Shown: positions 13,311 to 24,100 of the stretch, one piece after another
Position numbering within the stretch: the first letter of the stretch is position 1
Layout: every line of letters begins with the position of its first letter
Notes under the pieces: model-generated
Databases searched by the model: none
What the model was told of the DNA's origin: nothing
Seen by the model: the letters and a program-made list of their open reading frames with translations, nothing else
Made by a program: the position numbers and the translations under genes
Source: Azolla caroliniana
Lineage: Eukaryota; Plantae; Polypodiophyta
DNA length: 64,000 nt
Direction: 5' to 3'
NCBI GenBank assembly: GCA_043228905.1
Contig: JBHGNT010000016.1
Span: 6,572,001 to 6,636,000, forward strand

Positions 13311-14569
13311 CTCCATGTAAACACTTTGGAATTTCCCTTATTTGGTGAATTTTACACGTCAAATATAAAAAAAAGTTTATTTTTGACAGGAGAGTTGGTT
13401 TCGATCTTACTCATCTTATAAAACCCTCTTTCACATGCAATTGATAATATTGACAAAATCATTCTAACGTTTACTAGTCATCGTGATTACATCAATCTTT
13501 TGAAGATTCATGCATGCTTTTATCGCTTGATTAATCAATACACACAAATCCTTCTCAAAATGTTAACATGACAATTGAATGATTGTCTTATGAATGTGTT
13601 TCGTTTGTCTAAATTTTTATCATAGTACTAAAAACACTTTATAGATTCAAACATGTGAAAATCATTCTTAAAAGAATGACATAGTAAAACATTGACCCAA
13701 GTGATCATAAGAGCATATCACACACCATATACGTTTTATGTATATTCACATCATCACCTCTATATATTTGACCCAAATGTAGGTGGTGTTGGTGTGAAAT
13801 GCCACCATGAATCCATTCTCACAAAGTACCTTTGTCATTACTAACGATAAATAACAAATGATAAGTATCACTGATTGATTTGAAATGTTCTCCACATAGT
13901 GATTTGTCTATATGATAATTAGTTGGACTCCGCCTGGATGCATATACTTTGGATTAGAAATCGAATATTACTATTTGGTGTTGCTACTTGAGACACTTAG
14001 CAACAAATCAATTATACACTAAAAAACAGTTGTATTTATTTAATATAAATGAAAACAAACATCTTATTTGACACATCTAATTGATAAAGCCTTTGCCTCA
14101 CCTTCAAAAGAGGGATCAAGTCATCATCATTCATTTCGGAAATGGAAAAATAATGTAGGCAAAGTAAGAAATCTCTAGAATTTAGAAATTTCAATTTCTT
14201 ACATTATTGCATCCAAACCTTTCTCAACCCTTAAGAACCGGTGGAAAAAAGAACAAACTAAAGAAATAAAACTCAAGCAAGAGAACAATCTAATCAAAAG
14301 TGAGAGGGGGGGAGGGAAGCTTTTCGAACGAAGGAAACAATATTTTATTTTACGGGGAATAAAGGGAGATTGCAAGAAGAAGTCTCCCTTACTACCACAC
14401 CACTCTTATTTCTTGGACATGCAAGTTGAATGGAAATGCTTTCCCCCAATATTTGGGGGATCATAGAATTCGAAAAACTATTTTTTTTCCCATAAAATTA
14501 TCCTCCATTGGTATTAAAATTAGAGTGGCCAAAGGCAATATACAAAAGAGTCCACTATTACAATGAACA

Positions 14570-15030
14570 TTAAATATCTTGTTACCTTTTTTCCCATATC
14601 TCCTGAGCTACCACAAGCCTACAAGAGGCCTATGAAGATGATAATGTCTGGGGAACGGCCCCCATTTTGCAGCTGCTTGAAAGAAGTAAAGCTTCATGAA
14701 CTTGATTATGCTGAGTATACCCAACAATGAGCACATTTGAAGGGACAACATTTCGATGAGGAAGGCCTTTCAACAATTTCTCTACTTGTGCAAGCATCCC
14801 ACACTTGACATACCTATCCATGAAGGTGGTACAAAATACAATATCCCCCTACATTAACTGCGTAATTCTGTCATGAATTGGTTGTCCTATGTGCGTTGTT
14901 TCTATTCTTCTACAAGCCTTCAATGTACAAATGAAGGTGATTGCATCTGGAGAAAGCCTCTCACTTTGCATATGTTCAAAACCGTACATCACTTCATAAC
15001 ATTGCCCTTGTTGGCCATATCCTCCTCCAT
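14570..15030 (-). pseudogene. PLS-class pentatricopeptide repeat (PPR) gene fragment
   Basis: DRYVKCGMLAQ..RNVVPSNVLIVGYTQH and MQSERLSPDAITFICTLKAC motifs in different frames with stop codons. Confidence 0.85.
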
Positions 15031-15262
15031 CCCTCACTTCTCTTTGTCTAAAAAAGGGACTCGACCAAACCACCAACAATCTTCTTCAATAGAAAGATGA
15101 ACACATATTAGCCTATGACTTAGCTGAAAGTTTATGTGGACTACTTCAACACATGCTTCATCTGCTACATTTTAACACAAAAATAACCATGATGCTCCAA
15201 CAACTCTTTTCTTCAACATGTGTCGACTTATCCTTATGCAGGCTAACCAAAAGCAGATCATT

Positions 15263-16295
15263 GAAGACCTATACAGGCAAAAATAGAATGAGTCTACTCT
15301 TCTCATCCCCTCATGAAATTATCTTCAACCCCAACATCATCATCCCTCATCCTTATCAAGAAATAGAAGATGTGCTTCTTTTTCCACATCCACCCTCTCG
15401 TCAAAGAACACCGAAGGCTTGTACCTACAACAAACAACATGAATATAGTATCCATATTCCCTCTTGAAAATATGCTTCAACCCCCGACACCATCTTCACT
15501 CATCAAAAAATAGAAAAGTTGCTTCTTTTTCCCACATCCACCCTCTCTCTGATTAACAACGAAGGTCTGCACCTACAAAAAACCAAAATGAGTATATTGT
15601 CCTCATCCCCTTCTTAAAATATGCTTCAACCCTCGACACCATCTTCACTCATCCTCTTCAAGAAATAGAAAATTTGCTTCTTTTCCCACATCCGCCCTCT
15701 CGCCAATTAACACTGAAGGCATGTACATACAAAAATAAAATGAGTAAATTATCCTCATCCAACCCTGAAAATATTATTCAGCCCCCAACACCATCTGAAC
15801 ACTCATCCTTATTAAGAAACATAAGATCTGCTTCTTTTTCCACATCCACCCTCTCGCGGATTACCGAAGGCCTGTACATACTAAAACAAAATGAGTATAT
15901 TGTCCTCAACCCCTCCTGAAAATATCCACCCTCTACACTCATCCTTCATCAAGATACAAAAAGATCAATTTCTTTTTCCACATCCACCCTCTTGTTGATT
16001 AACGTTGAAGGCATGTACATACAAACAAGCAACATGAGTATAATGTCCTCATTCTCTCCTAAAAATATGCTTCAGCCCCCGACACCATCTTCAATCATTA
16101 AAAATAGAAAAGCTGCTTCTTTTTCCCACATCCACCCTATTGCTAATTAACACCGAAGGCCTGTACATACAAACATGCAACATGAGTATACTGTCCTCAT
16201 CCCCTCCTTAAAATATTCGGCAACCCCCAACACCGTCTTTGCTCATCCTTCTCAGAAATAGCAAATCTGCTTCATTTTCCACATTAACCACAGAA
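15263..16295. repeat. Tandem array of about 7 diverged ~148-bp units
   Basis: gaaggc.tgtacatac...atgagtata.tgtcctcatcccc...ttttccacatccaccct recurs at ~15263, 15413, 15561, 15715, 15866, 16007 and 16155. Confidence 0.9.
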
Positions 16296-16299
16296 GTTC

Positions 16300-16730
16300 A
16301 TTTTACCATAAAAAAATAACCCTTTTCTGGTTAGTTGTGTTTCCATAACCCTTATAACTAGCATACTCACCTTTTACTGTATGTACCAATAATTCCCAAA
16401 AGGTCTTAACCAGCATTGTATAGTTTGGAACACCTGGCTTTCCAAAGAATCCATAAGGCCAAAAGAGGAAACAATCTGCAAAACATAACACTGTGAGAAG
16501 AACTTGATTCCCGTCAAGGAGGTTGGACTAGAGTACACCTGGAGACTTTTCGCATGTAAAGTCAATGAAGAATTATGATAATGATAAAAAGTCGTTTGTT
16601 GAGCCAATGTTCCCCAAAATACTGCACCCCACATGAAAATGGCCAACCTATAGTTACGACCTAATAATCGAAGAATTAGGAACCAAAAACTTTTGGCCGC
16701 AACACATTCCCAAAAAACATGATGCAAGAA
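16300..16730 (-). mobile_element. Decayed L1 ORF2 zf-RVT fragment
   Basis: HHVFWECVAAKSFW motif in ORF 16374-16727. Confidence 0.6.
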
Positions 16731-16857
16731 TTCGAAAAACTATATGGTCCAATAACTTGGATAACAAGAATTTGAATTTCATTGGACAGGCCAATGTCTT
16801 GCACATTGTAGGGTGATTAACCACGTAATGATAATCCTACTTTGTGACGAGATCCAC

Positions 16858-16930
16858 GGTAATGTAGCTCTGTTGGTAGAGCATAGGGCTTTTAATCAAA
16901 TGGTTGCATGTTCAAGTCTTGCTACACCTA
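16858..16930 (+). pseudogene. trnK-UUU: Decayed tRNA-Lys(UUU), plant mitochondrial type
   Basis: 73 nt colinear with the plant mt trnK as I recall it (TAGCTCtGTTGGTAGAGCA...CTTTTAA...GTTCAAGTC.TGCTA.ACC.A); acceptor, anticodon and T stems contain mismatches. Confidence 0.75.
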
Positions 16931-16954
16931 GACTTGAGACTTGTAGTTATATTT

Positions 16955-19100
16955 ATATGTATGTATGTATGTATGTATTAAAACAAAGGAGAATAACAAA
17001 TGGATATTTGTTAGCGTTCAAAAAGAGGCCAATATTGACCCATGAGAAGTGAGTCCACAAGTTCCATTCATGTGCATCTCCTTCCTAAGAGCAAATCTAT
17101 TTATGCTTTGAAGCACACTTCATTGATCTGTGAATAAGGCATACAAAAACGAGCTCAACCTTCTAGATGTTCTCTCTTATTATGACATTCAAGTAATCAT
17201 TCACTCTAAATATGTTATCATAGCTTTCGCAAATTGCACTATACGTGGAGCATATAAAAAGCAAGCAATATTCATCCTCTACCAGTCTTTTCTCGCATAG
17301 CTTACATACATTTATATTCGATGCATTTTAATGCCATAATGCAATATTAATACCTAGCTTGTATGATTGAGAATGAAGAATGTAAAAGCTCTAAGAGAGT
17401 AAAATACTCATTTTAATAATGAGATAAGGTTTAATATGATCAATAGGCATTCTTACCTTATATACATTTAGGATTGATGTTGCATTAAATTATTCTAATT
17501 TTTTCGTTTTAGTATTTTCCCACTTCTCCCTTAGTGGTTCTATTAAGCTTTTTGCAACCACTAAATATTGCACAACATCATTGGAAAACTCTAAGAGATA
17601 TTCCACACATTCTGAATATTTGTTTGATGTTCGCTACCCAACGAGGTGAGAATATTTGGCTCTTGTAATTGTTTTGTAGTTGGCATCCAATATTCTAAGC
17701 AAGATGTGGTAATCTATGACGTGGTTTTTTGTTTACTTTTATAATGTATCCAGATACTTTTTGTAGTGGCAATATCTCTATAGGTCAAATATATGTGTCC
17801 AATAGCATAACATGGTAGGAGGTAGGGCCGAAATTTGACGAGTTAGTGTCAAAGTTTTTTGACACGCATTTTTTAAAGATGTATGTCATATGCCATAAGA
17901 TTACAAAACTAACATGTCATTTGATATATACAAATTTTTAAAATGAAAAGCTCTATATAATGTCATATCGTTATAGATGTCATTACTATAACATAAAGAT
18001 ACACAAATTAGCATACTTACCTCACAAAGATAATGAAATACATAAAATAAATATCGTGTTAATGTTTTTACTATTAAGTATGAAGAAAGGGTTATTTTTT
18101 AAGAAAAAAAAGAGGCTATTTTTTTGGAAAAAAGCAAAGTTTTTGGAAAAAAAGTGGTTATTTTTGGAAAAAACATGGTTATTGTTTTGTTAAAAAAGAT
18201 TATTTTATCGAAAAAACAGGTTAGTAAAAAATTAAGGTTTGACTTAAAACATAAAACATTAAAATCAAACCTAGAGTTTACACTTTTAGAGTATGTATTT
18301 AATAAAGGTTATTGTTTAAAATTTCAATCAAATTTAAACTAATATTATTAGTACATATAGAATAAAGGTTTGAAAATATATACAATTATTACATGATGAT
18401 AATATTATTTTAAGCGTGTTATAAAAAAAGAATATATACATATATTTATATGATAATATGTGTCATATATATAATATATATGACATGGAAAATAGAATTT
18501 TAGCATGTCATTTGACATGTATAATTTTTAGGGGCTTTTCACATGAAAATGGAAATTGAAACTTTGTATGTCACTTGATGGGCATTTTTATTAAGTGTAT
18601 GTTTTTTATGGGCAAAAGGGCCTTTGACGGGCATGACACCTGTCAAATTTTTGCCCTAGTAGGAGGTGGTGGATTTAACCTCCAATTGTCTTCTTAAAAT
18701 TGATCTTTTGAATCTTCTCAATTGCATTGCATACATTAAAAGGGATAGTCCTCCTAGCACTTCTACTCCATAAAAGCATGCTTTTAGTTACCATGACATT
18801 AAATAACATTAGTTTCACTTCCCACCCATGATTATCATTTTGGTTGCATTGATCAACAAAAAATATGACATCAATAATACCTTATGGCATATGCCATGGA
18901 TATGATATCTATCCTTTACAATTCCCAAAGACAATTTTCAAGGAGATTTTCCTAGAGCCATATGGTTGCCGTCTTTGTTCTTGGAAGAAAAACAAAATAA
19001 AGAAGAATAAATAAGAAATGTACACGTGTTTTGTCAAACACCATATCTTTATATGTTGAATCATACGTATAAGGAAAGGCAAGTAGATAGATTGCTTTAT
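16955..19100 (-). mobile_element. Old RTEX-like LINE remnant, interrupted by the hAT element 17823-18658
   Basis: Frame-broken minus-strand translations YGVEV..IEKIQK..RRQLEVKSTTSYHVMLL and CKLCEKRLVEDEYCLLFICSTYSAI match ORF 28696-30552; (CATA)n tail at ~16955-16978. Right end approximate. Confidence 0.7.
17823..18658. mobile_element. Non-autonomous hAT DNA transposon (836 bp)
   Basis: TIRs TAGGGCCGAAATTTGAC / GTCAAATTTTTGCCCTA; perfect 8-bp TSD GTAGGAGG (17815-17822 and 18659-18666); ends homologous to 45327 and ~52897. Confidence 0.93.
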
Positions 19101-19913
19101 TATCTTTAGAGGTTCAATATGAGCTATTAGACAAAAAAATAAAATGTTTTCACATAAAAAATGTACAAGTGAGTGGCGGCCCTTAATGTTCATGAGAGAG
19201 AAAAAGAGAGGTTTAAGTAGTCTATTTCCGTAGGTAGTACATTACTCTTCACAACAAAAAAAAGAGATTACAAGATGTGGTTGAATCATATGTCTACATT
19301 ATGAGTAGGCCGATGACATTCACAAGCCCACTTGTACAATAAGGAGAAAGAAAGAAATATATTTATTGACACCCACTAACTTGCCAAATCCATTTGATCA
19401 ATAAAATAATGATTACAAGTACAGGTGACCAAAAAATAAATCACTATGATGTAGATCACAACTCAGGAGAAGGGAAGAGCGTCGGAGCAGGCAACGGAGG
19501 CCGGCATCAGAGCCGCAGCGTCGGAGCAGGTAGCCTCCGGGGTTAAGTGCAGCAGGCAGCGGCCGCCGGGGTAGAGTGCAGCAGACAGCGGCGCAGCGGA
19601 GGCAGCGGCCTCTGAGGAAGAGTACCGCAGCAAGACGTCCTCTCAGCGGCCACTGCAGTAGCAGGAGCTGGCTGAATCGCGCTGAGTGCAGGAGCTAGAG
19701 TTGAGCAGAGGCGCTTTAGGGTTAGGTTCGCGGGTTCGAGGATTCGAGGAGTCCCCCCTCCAAACCCACAGTTCGAAGAGTGGGCCCCCCAACCCACAGT
19801 TCGAAGAGTGGGAAGCCCACAATTCGAAGAGTGGCCCTCCCCACATTCACAGTTCGAAGAGTGGGCCCCTCCAAGCCCACCGTTCGAAGAGTTGGCCTCC
19901 CTCCAAACCCATA

Positions 19914-19944
<31 letters not shown>

Positions 19945-21195
19945 AAAAAAAAAAAAACTAATATTATTCTTATTAAAATAAATAATAACTAAAGTAATTA
20001 AAAAACCTAATAAATAAATAAATAATATTATTATCTCAAATTTTATATTTATACTTTAAAAAAAAAATAAAAAAATAAAAAGAGCCAAACGAAAAAAGAA
20101 AACGAAACACGTCAAAAAGGGAGGGGGGGTAAAAACAAAAAACAAAACCATAGAGTGCAATGGCGAGAGAAACAAAGCTTCCAGTAGAACCCACTGTACT
20201 ACAGGAAGAAGATGGAACAGATCTTGACATCACCTTGTCCCCAGAGGCCAATCGACTCTTAGCGGAGGAAATCGAACGCCTACGTCGTACTTCCTTTGTA
20301 TGTAGGTTCCTTGCAGGTAGACCAAGTCGTGGCATGGTTCGGGACATGCTCCAAGTGGCTGTGATGGAAACCATGCCCCCGATCAAGAGTGTCCGAGGTT
20401 TGGGGAAAAATTTCTTTCACATTGAATTGGGGGATGGCGCGTTGGCACAACCAATGATAGAGCTCAAGGTACTTGAATTGAAGTACGGTAAGGTGTTGCT
20501 CCAATCGTGGTCACTTAACAATCCTAGGGTGATCACCGCAACATTTCCGAGCCTCCCTCGCCACTTGTGTCATCTGCTTCCTTTTTTTGGCGAACAAATA
20601 GGGACGATTTTCCCTCACAAAATGTCCATGGCAGATACAATGGCGGAGGTGTCCAAACTTCGCATCTTAGTGCCTTCCCTCCATGGACTTCCTACTAGAA
20701 TTAGGCTCTACTCTGAGGAGCTCGGTCTCACAATGGTGAATGTGGTATATGAGGGACTCCCTGGGCAATGTTTCATCTGCAAACAAAAAGGGCACCTAGC
20801 TAAGGAATGTCCTCGTAAGATTGGAAAGGGAAGCCCGGGCCCTCGAACATCAGGGAAGGCCAAGCCACCCAAGGGTTGCGAGGCTCCTTGGCACCCAGTT
20901 AAGAAGCAGGGGAAACTTCGAAGCCTAGGTGCATCCTCTCCCCCCCCTTTTTCAAGATTGTCCCGTAGAAAGAAGTTCTCCTACCTTGTCACCAACAAGT
21001 GTGGATGAACAACCCTCGAAACGGGTGAAGGTCTTCTCAGGGAGTGCGGAGGCACACAACCTATAGGTGGGAACGTCCAACAGATTCACATTGCTCCAAG
21101 GGCTAGGGAATGGCGACCCAGAAACATTGGCAGCATTGATGTCCCCCTGTGAATCCTTGTCCCCCAAACTCGTGTTCTCCACCCCGATGGAGATG

Positions 21196-24100
21196 TGTAG
21201 AAAGTAGCGTGCGGAAGGAGGTATGAAGACAGAACAGAGGAAGGAAACACAGGTTTAATGGAGAGCTTGAGCTTACACGGTATACGCAGGAGAGACAGAG
21301 AGAGAGAACACAAAAAACTATATTTCACAATAATACTCAATCTCTGTACATAAGACGTGCTCAGTGAGCACTTTTATACAAGTCCTAAAAGGACTGACCG
21401 AAGTACTGACAGTACTTCAATGCTCATCAAGAGCCCCTACACTAACTCCCAAATATATTCCTCATGGAATATCTTTCCTAACGACCTCCCGGTTTACGCA
21501 CTCGGCCTAACCGATCGGTCCCAACGGATCCGGTCCTCGGCTTCTTCAGCCGATCCGGCCGACGTTGAGCTTGTCTCTCAACACTCCCCCTCAAGCTCAA
21601 CTTGAGGCACCGGTTCCTCCTGGCTTCACGCCTCGCTCGCGCTCCTCAACCTGTTCGACTCCGCACGCTTCGACCCTTCCAGTCGGCTTGTCTGCTCATG
21701 CGGCCCTTAGCTCTTCTGCTGTTGCGGTGTTGACGCCTCTCCTGCTGCCTTTTCTTCCGCTTGGGCCTCTGTTGATTCAGCGTGTCTGAATCAAACATCC
21801 GAACCGACTCGGCTACCTCCGATCGGTCTTCGTTCTCGTCTGAGTTGGCTATCTCCAACTCGTCTTCGGTCTTCTCGCCCTCGATGGCGTCATCCTCCTC
21901 ATGCGTGGTTGGCTTCGGCTCTCTCCTTCGGTTGCTCCCCTTCTGTCCGCTTTCGAACTTTTCCGCGGGTCCGCCCTCGGCTTCTTCAGCCGATCCGATG
22001 TCGAACTCGACAACCAACTCGGTGTCGCGGTGTCCGCTCCTTTCCTGCTGCTTTGCTTGGTCGTTCGGGACTGTTCTCCCCCTCAAGTTCGGCACGTCAA
22101 GGTGACGCAACCCGAGCGCACCTGAGATTTGCCGCAACTTGTCCAGACCAAGAGGCTTGGTGAAGATGTCGGCAGCCTGCCGATCCGTCGGAACGTACTG
22201 AAGTTCGACTTCACCGAAAAGGACACGCTCACGGACGAAATGGTAGTGCACCTCAATGTGCTTGGTCTGTGCATGAAAAACAGGGTTTTTCGCGAGCTGG
22301 ATGCTGCTGAGGTTGTCGCAATAGATCGTCGTCGAATCGGACACCTCCTCTTGCAGGTCCTTAAGTAGCCGCTTCAACCATATGGCTTCGCATGTCGCGA
22401 CAGCCGCTCCTCGGTACTCCGCTTCGGTGCTCGACAGGGCAACTGTCGGCTGTTTCTTACTGCTCCACGTGATCGCGGCACTCCCGAGGGAGAACGTGTA
22501 TCCAGACGTGGATTGGCGATCGGCGGCGTTGCCAGGCCAATCAACATCGGTGTAGCCGACTAACTGCGCGGCCGCACCGGTCCAATATAGCAGTCCCCGA
22601 TCCTTAGTGCCATTGACATACCGAAGTATGCGTTGCGCGCACTGAAGGTACTCCTCGGTAGGTCGCACCATGAACTGATTGATCACCCCGACCGGATAAC
22701 TGAGGTCGGGTCGGGTGATGGTCAAGTATATGAGGCTTCCGACAATTTGTCAGAACCTCGTCGGGTCGCATACCTTTCCCATATCGGGACGAAGCTTGAT
22801 GGTTCTATCCAGAGGAGTCGAGATGGACTTACAGTTGGCCATCCCGAGTTTGAAGAGCATATTCAGCACGTAATGACGTTGGCTGATCAATATGCCTTCG
22901 GGGGTACGGATCACTTCGATCCCGAGGAAGTAATGAAGGTCTCCCAGATCCTTCATGTCGAACGATGCCGCAAGCTGAAGCTTCACGCGGTCGATTTCAC
23001 CTTGGTCGGCGCCGGTGATGACCAAGTCATCAACATACAGTAAAATACTAACCGGTCCGAGTCGAACTTTCCGAATGAACAAGGAAGAGTCCGATTTTGA
23101 CGTGACGAAGCCCATCCGACGCAGTTGTTGCGTGATCTTCGCGTTCCATGCACGCGGGGCTTGCTTCAGTCCGTAAAGGGACTTCTTCAGTCGGCATACT
23201 GCTGAGGAGTTCGTTCCGAAGTGAAATCCGGGGGGTTGTACCATGTACACCTGTTCCTCAAGGTCACCTTGCAGGAACGCATTCTTTACATCCATCTGGT
23301 GAAGATGCCACCCCTTGGCCGCGGATACTGCGAGCAAAACACGGATGGTCGTCATTTTCGCGACCGACGCAAACGTCTCATCGTAGTCGATGTCGTGTTT
23401 CTGTGCGTAGCCCTTTGCCACTAGTCGAGCCTTGTACCGGTTGACCGAGCCATCGATGTTGTACTTGACCTTGTACACCCACCTACACCCGATCGGCTTC
23501 ACACCCTTCGGTGCGTCAACCAAGTCCCAGGTCTCGTTCTCCACCAATGCATGCATCTCTTCCTCCATCGCGGCGCGCCAATTCGCGTCTTTAGCCGCTT
23601 CTACGTAGCTCTCCGGCTCACGCACTTCCGCTACACGGGTCATATACGCATAATGATGTGCCATGTACTCGTTGTATCCAAACCGCACAACTGGGTTCTT
23701 CTGGCGGGTAGATCGGCGTAATCTCACATTAGCCGATGTCGAGGCCTTCTCGGTCGACGCGGTCTTCACCTTTAAAGACCTGTCACCGGTTCCCTCAGAG
23801 TCGGACTCGCGTCGGTCTGACTCGTTCCTTTCCGTGCCGGAATCCAACACCTTCTTCTTCCCTTTCTCTTTGCGCGTAAGCCGTCTCCTCGGCTTCCTGC
23901 GTGGGGAATGTACGGCCGAGTCTCCACTACTCGCCGACTCTTCGTCGGACTGGTCATATCGACTCAGTCGTCCAATTGGTCCACTTAACCGGAGTGAAAT
24001 CAGACTCTCTTCGTGAGCCTCGATTTCGGGCTCATCCGGAGGCATCTCGGCCTCGCTGACCTCATCGTCAGAGCTCGGATTGGAGGCAGGGTTCGGAGTC

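Noticed and set aside
15263-16295. CRISPR array or coding repeat
   Set aside because: Whole units are homologous with no unique spacers, and the frames contain many stops.
16858-16930. Functional tRNA-Lys gene
   Set aside because: The acceptor, anticodon and T stems are broken.
19765-19897. CRISPR-like short palindromic repeats
   Set aside because: The spacers are only a few nt and not unique, there are no cas genes, and the repeats lie within a eukaryotic L1 5' UTR.
19686-19992. Pro/Lys-tailed small proteins
   Set aside because: They are translations of the C and A homopolymers in the L1 UTR.
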